Source of the DNA: Eledone cirrhosa
Taxonomy: Eukaryota
DNA: 64,000 bases
Direction of reading: 5' to 3'
Assembly (NCBI GenBank): GCA_964016885.1
Contig: OZ024742.1
Location: 191,890,001 to 191,954,000, forward strand
Both the position numbers and the translations under genes were made by a program. Below, one piece after another: positions 28,372 to 40,159 of the stretch. Each line of letters begins with the position of its first letter. Position 1 is the first letter of the stretch. The notes beneath the pieces were generated by a model. The model had not been told where the DNA came from and ran no database searches. It saw nothing but the letters and a program-made list of their open reading frames with translations.

Positions 28372-29082
28372 ATGGCGATGCTAAGCCGTGTCCTCAGGGA
28401 GGAGAAAACCGAAGAGAAGGGAGAGGAGAAAGAGAAAGAAAAGGAAAAGGAAGAGAGCACAAGCACGAACCTGAAGGAAAATGAGATACCCTCCGCCACA
28501 GTCAGGGAGGGCAGGCTGGGCAACCAACAAGCAAAAGGTAAAGGTGAAAAGCGAAATCACCTACGTAAGGAGAACCAAGCGCAGAGGGGCCAGTGGACAA
28601 CTGTTCAAAGGAAGAACAGAAAGCACCGAGACATTGGGAGCAAAAAAACCCAAGTAATGTGCAAGTTTTTCAAGAACGGGACCTGCTGGCATGGAGAGAC
28701 AGGGATGGGATGCAGATTCGCCCACCCCACGTCTCAAACGAACTATGCCCATGCTACTCGCGCAACATGCCCGAGCCAAAGCCGAATTAAGCCGCTCCAG
28801 AAGTATGCTGATGTCGCGCGTGCCGCGCCAACAAGGAGAAGGCACGCACATGCCCACGAGATACAGATAGCAGCAGCAGAGCAGAAAAATGTTTTAATGA
28901 TGGCAGAGAAGATTGTGGGACAGCTGACCTGGCTGCATCGTTTCCAGAGCCAAGCTCACCCACACCAGCACTCGAGACCACCACAGCTAAGGGACCCAGA
29001 GTGGCCGCCGCTGACACCAGACCAGGTGTCATACCGACAGCTATTACTGGCACCCCAAAAGTCACACCAGTGCTGCTGCTGA
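28372..29082 (+). CDS. LINE ORF1 remnant with a CCCH-type zinc finger
   Basis: CKFFKNGTCWHGETGMGCRFAHP after a charged E/K-rich segment; overlaps the start of ORF2. Confidence 0.65.
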   Translation: MAMLSRVLREEKTEEKGEEKEKEKEKEESTSTNLKENEIPSATVREGRLGNQQAKGKGEKRNHLRKENQAQRGQWTTVQRKNRKHRDIGSKKTQVMCKFFKNGTCWHGETGMGCRFAHPTSQTNYAHATRATCPSQSRIKPLQKYADVARAAPTRRRHAHAHEIQIAAAEQKNVLMMAEKIVGQLTWLHRFQSQAHPHQHSRPPQLRDPEWPPLTPDQVSYRQLLLAPQKSHQCCC

Positions 29083-31990
29083 ATGTCAGAGGCCTGGTGA
29101 AACTCAGTAACATGAGTAAAATTTCCTACCTGGGAGACTTAGCCATAAGCAATCAAGCATTATGCATGGCACTAACCGAAACGCACCTGACAAGCAGTAA
29201 AGCAGATGCAGAAATACATATACCGAAATATACTGTATTTCGTTCGGACAGGAAGGAGAGAACTCATGGTGGGGTTGCTCTGTATATCCGTGAAGATGTC
29301 ACACCAATCGTACTGTTGACACATTCAAACTCAGTCTGTGACCACACTGATAGTACATATGAAGCAACTACAGACAGTAATATGTGTCACATATCGGCCG
29401 CCCGATGCCCCCAGTCATGAGGGTAAATTTGAGGATAGCCTAAGTAGGATAGAAGAGGTCCTTGACAAACTGGACCAGGGTTTCAACATTCTACTGCTGG
29501 GAGACTTCAACCTACCAAAGGTCAAATGGCCTGAGGGCCACCTCCTCCCTGGAATGACGTCAATAGAGCAGAGACAGACGGAATCGCTGCTGGCCCTCAC
29601 ACACATGCTGTTCATGGAGCAAGCAATACTCCTCCCAACAAGAGGCGAAAATGTCCTGGACCTCTGTTTTACAAACAACGAAGTGCTCATCCACAATGTA
29701 AAGGTGACACCAACAATTCTCTCGGATCATAACTTAGTAGAGCTAATGATATATGGTCCAAGAGAACCAACAGAGACAAAACCACCAAGAAGCTCCGGGA
29801 CGTTATCCAGCCTTAACTTCTACAAGGCTAACTGGAAAAAGATTAAGAGAGAAATCCGGAAGCAAACATGAAGTGGAAACACCGCCACACAAGACACTAA
29901 CACACAATTTCAACACTTCATGACAACGATACACACTATATGCAAAAGGTTTGTCCCGGAGAAAGAGGCAAACAGACACAAAATTCTTATTCCCAGAGAT
30001 AGGAAAATCCTTATGAGACGTAGAACCAAACTCTCAAACCAGTTGAATAGTCAACAAAACAAAAACAAGAAGGAATCCTATTTGAAATGTGCATTACTTG
30101 GCACCGAGATTGCACTCAAGCTTTCCCATGAGAATGAGAGGGCAAAGAAAGAGGACAGGGCCATAGAAAACATTAAAACAAACCCTAAGGCCTTCTTTAA
30201 ATTTGCAAAAGAAACTGCCTCAGTACACTGCAAGATTGGGCCACTCTTCCATACGGACGGTTCATTAACCGAAAACCCCCAAGAGATATGTGAAATACGG
30301 AACGAACAGTACAAAAGTGTGTTCACATATTCACTGAGGCACATGCAAATAACGTAGCCAGAGGAATTCTTTGATGCCACAACACTACATGAAGAAATGG
30401 CAACCATCAACCACATAGACATAACGGAGGAGGATGTGGTGTACGCCATTGATGAAATTAGAACAGACTCGGATGCTGGACCTGATGGATTCCCAGCAGT
30501 TCTCTTAAAAATATGTAAGCGGGCCTTAGCAGCTCCACTGAAGATGCTCTTCAGAAGCTCCTTGGCTAGCGGTGTACTACCCAGGGAGCTGAAAGAAGGC
30601 ACAATATGCCCTATCCATAAAGGAGGTAGCAGAGCGGAGGCCAAAAACTATACGCCAGTCTCCCTGACGTCGCATATCAGTAAGGTCATGGAGCGAGTCG
30701 TCAGAAAGAAACAGATCACTTTCCTCGAGGCAAATGACCGCCTGACTAGCACGCAACATGGCTTCCACCCAGGAACAATCTGCCTTACACAGCTGCTACA
30801 TCACTACGACTGGGTACTAGAACAACTACTAGACAGGCTCACATGTGGACGTGACATATCTTGACTTTGCGAAGGCCTTTGACAAGGTCGACCCCGGAAT
30901 GATATGTCACAAACTACACGGACTAGGCATAACTGGAAAAGTAGGTGAGTGGCTGCATGACTTCCTAAAGGACAGAAGCCAGGCAGTCACAGCAAATGGG
31001 GCCCTCTCAAAGGAAACACCAATAACAAGTGGGGTGCCCCAGGGGACAGTCCTGGGACCACTACTGTTTTTGGTGGCTCTCTCAGACATGCCCTCTGTAG
31101 TAAATACAACAACATCCCTCACTAGCTATGCTGATGACACTAAGGTAGCACAGGCAATCAAAAACCCTGCTGACGCTGCCCTTTTACAGCAGGATCTGGA
31201 TGCCATATACAAATGGGCGGAAGAAAACAACATGCAGTTTAATGCTGGCAAATTCCAAGCTCTACAATACAAACCTCCAAACAAACCTGCAAACACAAAT
31301 ATAGTACAACACAACTACACAGGACCAGGAGGGACCGATACGAGACCTGGGCATAGACATGAGCGATGATGCATCTTTTTCTTCACACATCATGAAAGTG
31401 GCGACAATGTGCAGACGACTCGCTGGCTGGATCTTGAGGACTTTCCGGACAAGAGATCGAGAAACCATGTACACACTATGGAGGACATTTGTCCTAAGCC
31501 GCCTGGACTACTGCTCCCAGTTTTGGTCACCCCATAGTGTCAAACTAACCACGGAGCTTGAGGCAATCCAGCGAAGCTACACCAAGAGGATTACCAAGAT
31601 GAGGGAGACAAGCTACTAGGAGAGGCTAAAGGAACTGAACCTCTACTCCTTTGAACGAAGACGGGAGAGATACGCAGTGATCTACATGTGGAAAATCCTG
31701 GAGGGACTAGCAGCAAACTTTGGCATTGGGAGCTGGACCAACCGTCGAACAGGACGTCACTGTGGTGCCAAAGGTCCCGTCTTCCACATCTATAATAATG
31801 AGCATGTATTGCAATAGCCTGGGATTCAAGGGCCCTCAACTCTTCAACAAGCTGCCGAGGGATCTGAGAGATTTGCATGACGCGGAGGTGGATGTCTTCA
31901 AGAAACATCTCGACACCTTGTTATCCAGGATCCCGGATTAGCCGACAGCAAGACACGAGGGAAACCTAAGGGCAGCAGCAACAAACTCCC
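29001..31990 (+). pseudogene. LINE ORF2: APE endonuclease and reverse transcriptase, multiple stops and frameshifts
   Basis: LLNVRGL, ALTETHL, HGGVALYI, TYRPP, LLGDFN, LDLCF, SDHNLV (APE); GPDG, PIHKGG..NYTPVSLTS, YLDFAKAFDKV, SGVPQGTVLGPLLF, YADD (RT). Confidence 0.95.
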
Positions 31991-32093
31991 TCTTACACCA
32001 GTGGCCAACCTATAAAGGCTGGAGATAAAATGTGTAGCAACAAGGGCGGTGCCCCAGCATGGCCTCAGCCGGATGGCTAAAACGGGTAAAAGA

Positions 32094-32140
<47 letters not shown>

Positions 32141-32143
<3 letters not shown>

Positions 32144-32492
32144 AAAAAAAGATGAAATCGAAAATGCAACTGGAGTGTTATTTAAAAAAATATATATATA
32201 TTTATTTACTTCCTTTACCGGTTTCGCAGTTCGTCTGCTTCTCAAAAGTAGAGCTGAGATGGAGGGTCTGTGGTTTTACTCAAATCAGATGTGAGAAAAA
32301 CCACAGACCCTCCATCTCAACTCTACTTTTGAAAAGCAGACGAACTGCGAAACCGGTAAAGGAAGCAAATAAATATATATATTTTTTTTTAAATAAGACT
32401 CCAGTTGCATTTTCGATTCCATCTTTTTTTCTTTATACTTTCACTCGTGTAGGACACCTCGGTTATTTTTCATTTTGTAAAAAGAACCTCAC

Positions 32493-32500
<8 letters not shown>
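32141..32500. mobile_element. Fold-back non-autonomous element in (TA)n with two inverted HHRs (32213-32248 minus, 32326-32361 plus); third copy in 59021-59232
   Basis: Arms mirror around ~32288; ctt TTGA(A/G)AA gcag-acgaa-ctgc GAAA ccgg TA aag. Confidence 0.8.
32326..32361 (+). ncRNA. Minimal hammerhead ribozyme, U3-A8 variant, palindromic CCGG helix III
   Basis: ctt TTGAAAA gcag acgaa ctgc GAAA ccgg TA aag; within this motif the three copies differ only at N7 and loop II. Confidence 0.7.
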
Positions 32501-32586
<86 letters not shown>

Positions 32587-32869
32587 ATTATGAAGAGAGA
32601 AGGAACATTTAGATATAATTAGTAATAAAATGTATCATACCTAAACTGCTCCTAGATTCCTCGACTACGTAGTTTCGTGGCATAAACAAAAACAGTACAT
32701 CATAAAGATATAGAGCCCTTGCGAGGTCTGCCGACTTATCAAGAGGATACCTCATTTTACTAGCTTCAAGAACGCGTCTACACGACGTGAGAAAGAATCC
32801 CAAATGGCGGAGGGGGAGATAGTCACGCGATATAGCGGTCGAGAAACAGAGCTAAGCCTCTTATAACCC

Positions 32870-32950
<81 letters not shown>

Positions 32951-33124
32951 CAATATCGGAGAAAGCTTTTTAGCGATACTCCGGCCAAATTCCAACTCAC
33001 TCAACAAACATTAGGAAATAAGTGATTATATTCCCAATTATGTGTTCGGTGTGCTAACTAAAAGTATTGCGTGGAAAATTGGCTGTATTATTTCAAATGA
33101 GACATATCTAATATATCTCTTCCC

Positions 33125-33249
33125 AGACGGACGTCTCGTTTCATTATAGGATTCCTACAAGTTGGGTGAAATTATACCAATTTATGTAGGAGCTTGTATA
33201 CCATCAATAGATATATATTCAAGTGGGCTCCTATAATTCATCAGTGTTG
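33125..33249 (-). ncRNA. Hammerhead-like motif with long branched helix II, GUC triplet, degenerate helix I
   Basis: caaca CTGATGA attatagga...tcctataat GAAA cg-aga-cg TC cgtct. Confidence 0.55.
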
Positions 33250-33718
33250 TGCCCCAATAATACTAATATTGATAATCTAACCAACATCAGCATTTAGCGA
33301 TAATCACTTTCTGTGCCTGAGGTATCTGTCAGGTTACCAGTCCAGCATTTCTAAAATGTATGTGTGTACAACATTTGATGACACACAGATATTTTCTCGG
33401 GCAAAATAACAGATTGAGATATAAGGAACAATCAATATTCATATATATATATATATATATATATATAGTTTTGCGAGGTTTTTTATATGAAATCGTGTGT
33501 CGAAACAAATATTGTTATACTTGGGGGAGGGGGGGGGCATATTTGTGTAATATTGCCAGAATTAATAACAGAACACACTCACTGTTTGGTTGGTTTTCGC
33601 TTTTCGCTTCTGTGTCTTTTATATCGGTAATCTAATTTAAATTATTCGGTCCTCAATATTGCCATTGACTGACCAACGGTCAAAAATACAGATACAGTAT
33701 AGACACAAACACATATAT

Positions 33719-33772
33719 ATAGTTTATCAAAGTTCTTTCGTTGCACATCTGCAACATCGTCAGTGGTGCTAT
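33719..33772 (-). ncRNA. Hammerhead ribozyme, PLE-D pLTR (minus copy)
   Basis: Reverse complement of the 38927-38980 motif. Confidence 0.6.
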
Positions 33773-34074
33773 TGTTTCCTCCCGTTGCATTGTAATTTCG
33801 ACGCCATCTTTATTTAGTCTGTTTATATATTTATTTATTTGTTTATTTTATTTTGTCTTCTTTGCGCATGCGTTTGCGTGTGTGTATAGTGTTTTGTTTG
33901 ATGTGTGTTCGTGATTGGGTGACTGTGTATTGGTTAATGTATTCTATCTTTACTAGTGTGTGTTTATATGTGTTTGTTGTTATTGTGCCTGTGAATGTAT
34001 TTTTTTATTTATTCATCTATTTATTTATTTATTTATCTATTTATTTATTTATATATTTATTTATTTATTTATAC

Positions 34075-37000
34075 TTCTCTTAGGTCAGTGTTGTTGTTAT
34101 TCCATTCATTTTTTCTGTTTAGCCTTGTCCTTCTAAGTTCTATTTCACTGGCCTCTCTGATTTGCCTATCTGCTGGGTCATTTCTATGTTTAGATATTAT
34201 TCTAATTTCTATGTTGTCTATGTTACCGTCGTGTTGTTGTCTGGCATGTTCATATAGTACTGAACCGTTTTTCGTCCTTTTAGTTCCCCCCAGTGTTGGT
34301 CTATCCTTTCATCTATGTTACGAGCTGTCTCGCCTATGTATGTTGTTGTCATGTTTCTGCAAGAACCCTCTGTACATCTTATGCTATAGACTACGTTTCT
34401 AGTTTTACAGGTTATCCGGGGGTTTACCTTACATATGATACATTTCCTATTAGTACAATGGGTTTTCTTAAAAGGGTAGGTTTTGCTGATCAGGGATTTT
34501 ATGGTGGTTCCTGGATTTTCTACCACCTTAATCTTTAAGTGGGTCTTTCTCAGGGCCTTTCTACACTGGTTAGCTAATTTCCCTCCAGGAGTAGCGTCCA
34601 CAAACATGACACTCCGGTATCTATGGTTGTCGTACCATCAAGTGGCTTTCCTTATCTTATGTCTATCCCTATCTAAGCTATTCCATGTCTTGCTCCTGTA
34701 TAATGGGCAAATTCCTTTCATGTCCAGTTCTATGAGGGTATTATACTTTTCCGTGGCTCCTTCGTATACTCTGATTCTGTCTCATTGGTTGTAGCCAGAG
34801 AACTGCATGCGGTTGATGATGTGTTGGATGTGTCTTTCCATTTCTGTTGGGTCGCACATGCGGGACACGTACTTCATCACTCGTACCAAGTCTGCGATCA
34901 GAATATTAAACTTAGCACTACTGGACATTGCTGAGTCTTTGAGTATCAGGTATTTGGAGGCCATGGGTTAGGAGCTCTCATTAAGGAGATATTTAAGTCT
35001 CCTTTCCCACCATACCATAACAAGGTTGGCAACACCACCAGCTATGCTGACGCCAATGGCTGCTCCCTCATTTTGGGTGTAGATCTTCTCGTTGAATTTG
35101 AATATGTGGCCCTTTAGGGTAGTTTTGATACTAGTTACTATTGCATGTGCGACCATTTTTCTTACCTGATCATTGTTTTGGTGGGTCCGTATAGATTTGG
35201 TCCACACAACCCATCTTCCCATGGGAGTCTTTTTAGCCATTGAGGTAATGGTGGGGGGTGTACCTCTTATGGGTCTACTGGGGCAGAAACGTCTAAGGTC
35301 ATGGCTGTCTAGGTAGTCAGCGTCGTAGGTAAGTCTAAGTAGGAGGACCAGTTCTTCTGTGTCGACGTCGCAGAACTCCACCTCACTCTCAATAATCATT
35401 TCCACGCATTTTTTCCACAGCAAAATCAATGTTAATGGATGGATACAGTGATACCACATCCATGCTGCCTATTATGCAGTTGGATAGGTTTCTGTTTTTG
35501 TTGCACTCACTGATTCTGCTGAGGAGATCCTCTGTACTGTCACATACATCTGGGGACATCTTGATTATGGGGCGTATAACCATTGAGAGGAAGTAGGAGA
35601 TCCTGTAGTTGCTAGCTATATTTGCTCCGCATACGGGTCTTGTTGGTGGTCCTGCTGTCGGGTCGTCGGCTGTCTTGTGGTCTTTGCGGAGCCCATACAA
35701 GGGTGGTATGCCATTATTAGACGCCTGGAAGTTGTTGGCAGTGCGTCTGCTTGGCTTTAGGATGTCGGTCCACATCATCATGTGAGCGTTGAGGATATTC
35801 TCTCTCCCATCATGTATTTGCTGTGCAATTTCGCTCGTGTTGGTGATGTGGGGTTGCATAGCCTTGATGTAGTTCGGCATGCTATCTATTGACATCCTAC
35901 CAGACTTATCCGTGGGTAGACATACTACCTCACCATCCCTTGTGCGCTTCTTGAGGCTAACCAAGCCTTCTACAGGTTTCCTCCGAAGTTGTTGGGCCTC
36001 TGGTCTGCTCTGTCTCTTAGTATACCGGTCTACTATTTATCTAATATTATTTCTAGCTATGGTGAACTGTGCCTCTGTCACGTCATCTATTTGTTGTGGT
36101 ATGCAAACTCTTTTATTAAAGGGTAACCTCGTAGGATAGATATTACCCATCTTATAAGTATTGTCAGCTGGGTTGAAGAATAGCTTCCCTAAGGGGTTGT
36201 CATCATATTTATCGTCATAGTTGTGTGTGTTGCTATTATTGTTATTATGGTGGTTGTTGTTCCTATCATTAGCATTATTATTATTGTTATGATGCTAGAT
36301 GTATTGTTGCTGTGATTGTTAGATGTATTGTTGCTATGATTGCTAGATGTATTGTTGCTGTGATTGTTTTCTTCACCGTTATTGTTTTTGTTACTGTTAT
36401 TTCTACCATTGTGCTTGTTACTTTTATTATGTTTCTTGTTTTTGTTGTGTCTATCATTAATGTTGCTACATATATTATTTCTATTATTACCACTGTGGTT
36501 GTTGTTGTTGTTATTCGTATTGTTACCGTTATTACTACTGTGGTCGCTGCTGCTGTGTCTGTAGTTAATGTTTCTATTATTATTATTATTGTGGTTGTTG
36601 TTGTTGTTCTGTCTATCGTTAATATTATTACCATTATTACTATTTCTCACTCTCCTGCTATTGTTATTGTTATGACTATTACTATTATAGCTGTTATTTC
36701 TATACTCAGAGTTATTGTTTATATTACAACTACCGTTATTATTGTTGTTGTTGTCCGTATAGTTTTTGTTGTTGTTTACTTTTGCATTCCAACGTAAATT
36801 TGTGAAACACTTTTCCAGCTTCGTTTTGCACTCAATAGGGTTAATCTTTTTGTAGATGGCAAATTTTGGTGGTAGCTGCAGGATTTGTTGTTCTTGTTCA
36901 CTGATTAAAGTGTTCCCATAAATATTTACTGTGTGGTCATTGGTAAATTCTTCCGGTAGTTTTACATCAGTCATACGGATATTGTTGATGTTATCTGGGT

Positions 37001-37278
37001 ATTTTTGAGAATATTCTATTTTCCTTCCTTCTAGTTTTTTTCTTATTCATCCATTCTAATTTCTTATTGAAATGCCTATTGCATTCGTTTCGGGCGTAAT
37101 TCGTTTCACGTCGGATGACGCTCATGAAGTCATCCCTTTCGTTTGGTGTGGGGAGATTTTGGACTTCCTTACCGTTAATGCGTTTCTGTCTGTAAAGTTC
37201 GTTGACTTTTCTGTATGTTGTTCTTTTCATATTAACTGTTATTGTGTGTTTTAGTCGTTCAGCTTGTGTTTTGTTCAA
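34075..37278 (-). pseudogene. PLE-D ORF: N-terminus, Asn-rich insert, RT lacking the YVDD segment, GIY-YIG
   Basis: LQLPPKFA; CLPTDKSG; PPLYGLRKDHK..PTRPVCGA; IIGSMDVVSLYPSI; YTQNEGAAIG; CIIC..CKTRNVVYSIRC..YIGETAR. Confidence 0.9.
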
Positions 37279-37482
37279 TAATAAATTATTTACTTTTTTT
37301 TATATGTTTGTCGTGTATATTTTGGAGGAAACACAGTGTTTTAAGAAGCGGATTTGTTCTGTTGTTATTGTAGTTTTTATATAACAGAAAACAGTGTCTT
37401 TCAATAAGCTTTCAGCTTGGCACAAACTAATGCCATAAATGCGATGAATTAGTTTTGCGAGGTTTTTGATATGAAATCGTGC

Positions 37483-38637
37483 GTCTACATACTCTCGTTA
37501 CGTAGACGATATCAATATAGTTATAAGAACATCCCCACAAGAGGGCACTAACAAGTTTGATTTAGAACGTAGCACAATGGAAAGCATCCAGCAGATAGCT
37601 AATTCCATACACCAGAGTATAACTGTAACTATCGACTACCCTTCCAAACACCCTAACAATAGACTACCTGTATTAGACACGGAACTCTGGATTAACACTA
37701 TAGGCGAGAGAGCCCAAATTCTCCACTCACACTATGCTAAACCCATGGCCTTCAAATACCCTATACTCAAAGACTCAGCAATGTCCAGTAGTGCTAAGTT
37801 TAATATTCTGATTGCAGACTTGGTACGAGTGATGAAGAGCATGTCCCGCATGTGCGACCCAACAGAAATGGAAAGACACATCCAACACTTCATCAACCGC
37901 ATGCAGTTCTCTTGCTACAACCAAAGAGACAGAATCAGAGTATACGAAGGAGCCGCGGAGAAGTATATGACCCTCATAGAACTGGACATGAAAGTAATTT
38001 GCCCATTATACAGCAGCAAATCATGGAATAGCTTAGATAGGGATAGACATAAGATAGGGAAAGCCACCTCATGGTACGACAACCAGAGATACCAGAGTGT
38101 CATGTTTGTGGACGCTACCCCTGGAGGGAAATTAGCTAACCAGTGTAGAAAGACCCTGCGAAAGACCCACTTAAAGATTAAGGTGGTAGAAAATCCAGGA
38201 ACCACCATAAAATCCCTGATCAGCAAAACCTACCCTATTAAGAAAACCCACTGTACTAATAGGTAATGTATCATATGTAAGTAAACCCCCGGATAAACTG
38301 TAAAACTAGAAACGTAGTCTATAGCATAAGATGTACAGAGGGTACTTGCAGAAACATGACAACAACATACATAGGCGAGACAGCTCGTAGCATAGGTGAA
38401 AGAATAGACCAACACTGGGGGGAACTAAAAGGACGATAAAACGGTTCAGTACTATACGAACATGCCAGACAACAACACAACGGTAACATAGACACTATAG
38501 AAATTAGAATAATATCTAAACATAGAAATGACCCAGCAGATAGGCAAATCAGAGAGGCCAGTGAAATAGAACTTAGAAGGACAAGGCTAAACAGAAAAAA
38601 TGAATGGAATAACAACAACACTGACCTAAGAGAAGTA

Positions 38638-38640
<3 letters not shown>
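37483..38640 (+). pseudogene. PLE-D inverted 3' half: RT catalytic YVDD, thumb and GIY-YIG
   Basis: aca tac tct cgt tac gta gac gat = TYSRYVDD; DYPSKHPNNRLPVLDTELW; HYAKPM; VVYSIRC..YIGETAR. Confidence 0.9.
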
Positions 38641-38672
<32 letters not shown>

Positions 38673-38926
38673 ATAGATAAATAAATAAATAAATACATAC
38701 ACAAGCACAATAACAACAAACACATATAAACACACACTAGTAAATATAGAATACATTAACCAATACACAGTCACCCAATCACGAACACACATCAAACAAA
38801 ACACTATACACACACACGCAAACGCATGCGCAAAGAAGACAAAATAAAATAAACAAATAAATAAATAAATATATAAACAGATTAAATAAAGATGGCGTCG
38901 AAATTAGAATGCAACGGGAGGAAACA

Positions 38927-38980
38927 ATAGCACCACTGACGATGTTGCAGATGTGCAACGAAAGAACTTTGATAAACTAT
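38927..38980 (+). ncRNA. Hammerhead ribozyme in PLE-D 3' UTR/pLTR
   Basis: atagcacca CTGACGA t gttgca-gatg-tgcaac GAAA gaac TT tgataaactat; helix II perfect, helix I interrupted. Confidence 0.6.
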
Positions 38981-39336
38981 ATATATGTGTTTGTGTCTAT
39001 ACTGTATCTGTATTTTTGACCGTTGGTCAGTCAATGGCAACATTGAGGACCGAATAAATTAAATTAGATTACCGATATAAAAGACACAGAAGCGAAAAGC
39101 GAAAACCAACCAAACAGTGAGTGTGTTCTGTTATTAATTCTGGCAATATTACACAAATATGGCCCACCTCCCCAAGTATAACTATATATATATATGTATA
39201 TATCTGTGTTCGTTTTACTTTTATATTCAATTATAATATACGGCTCGGAAATATCGCTTTCCTAGAGCTATTTTATTGTAAGAGACTATTTGGGGTTTCT
39301 AACTCAATATATACCTTTGATATATATATATATATA

Positions 39337-40003
39337 AATGAAAATATAGAAATTATTGTGAGCAAGAAGCCAACAGTATTGCATAATATATAAGTGACTA
39401 TAACGACAAAATGGAAAATAATTAACGTAAGATATGGGAAAATAATTCAAACTCAATTAAAAAAAAATTAAGGCAGAGATTTTATCCACAGATTTTGTGA
39501 AATCCAGGGAAAAACCAAGAGAGTTTTAACTCAGAATCAAATAAAGCTTAAATACTCATCCTTCAATTTGGAAAAACTACAAATGCTCTATATAGTCTTA
39601 AAAATACTATTTAACGAAACTTTTCAGTGGGGGTGGTCATGGGTGGAATCGTTCATCAGTAGAGCTAAAACACGATATATTACTGCCAGAATATGCCAAA
39701 AGGGGGATTTAAAAGCAGGCTAGTTCACCTCGTGCGGAATTATAAAATTAAACACACATGAAAAGACATGTCTGGTGACGTCAGAATGAGACAAATGTCT
39801 ATTTACAAGAAACAGCTCTCAAAAAACATTCCGAAAAAACTCTACAAAATGTACGGAGTTCTGCAAAATAGCAATATTATCGCGGTTTAAAAAAAAAAGA
39901 CCGGGATTAGTCACAAATAATTTTAAGCACTCTAGGAAAAATTCTGAGTATAAATAGAAATGAAAATATAGAAATTATTGTAAGCAAGAAGCCAACAGTA
40001 TTA
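39337..40003. repeat. Segment bounded by ~45-bp direct repeats (period ~620) between TA runs
   Basis: aaatgaaaatatagaaattattgt.agcaagaagccaacagtatt at ~39337 and ~39958. Confidence 0.7.
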
Positions 40004-40159
40004 TATATATATATATATGTAGGAGGTGAGTTTTATTGTAGTACAATAAAGCAATGCAGATATCGGATAAGAAACACTCTACAGTTTGTAGGACTGGAGT
40101 ATACATAATATATAAGATCAAAAGATAAATCAGATCTGGGGGTTGTTAGTAAAGCCATC

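Larger units (their letters stand above)
28130..32093 (+). mobile_element. Near full-length disabled non-LTR retrotransposon, CR1/L2 group
   Basis: GC-richer block with ORF1 and APE-RT ORF2; 3' end runs into (TA)n at 32095; 5' boundary approximate. Confidence 0.9.
33467..39185. mobile_element. Penelope-like element D: minus-strand copy (~37480 to 33467) and inverted plus-strand 3' half (37483-39185); ~1.45-kb inverted arms, both outer ends in (TA)n
   Basis: ~33520-34968 is the reverse complement of ~37740-39185. Confidence 0.9.

Noticed and set aside
39605-39665. Minus-strand CTGATGA...GAAA
   Set aside because: Helix II does not pair and no UH adjoins a helix I partner
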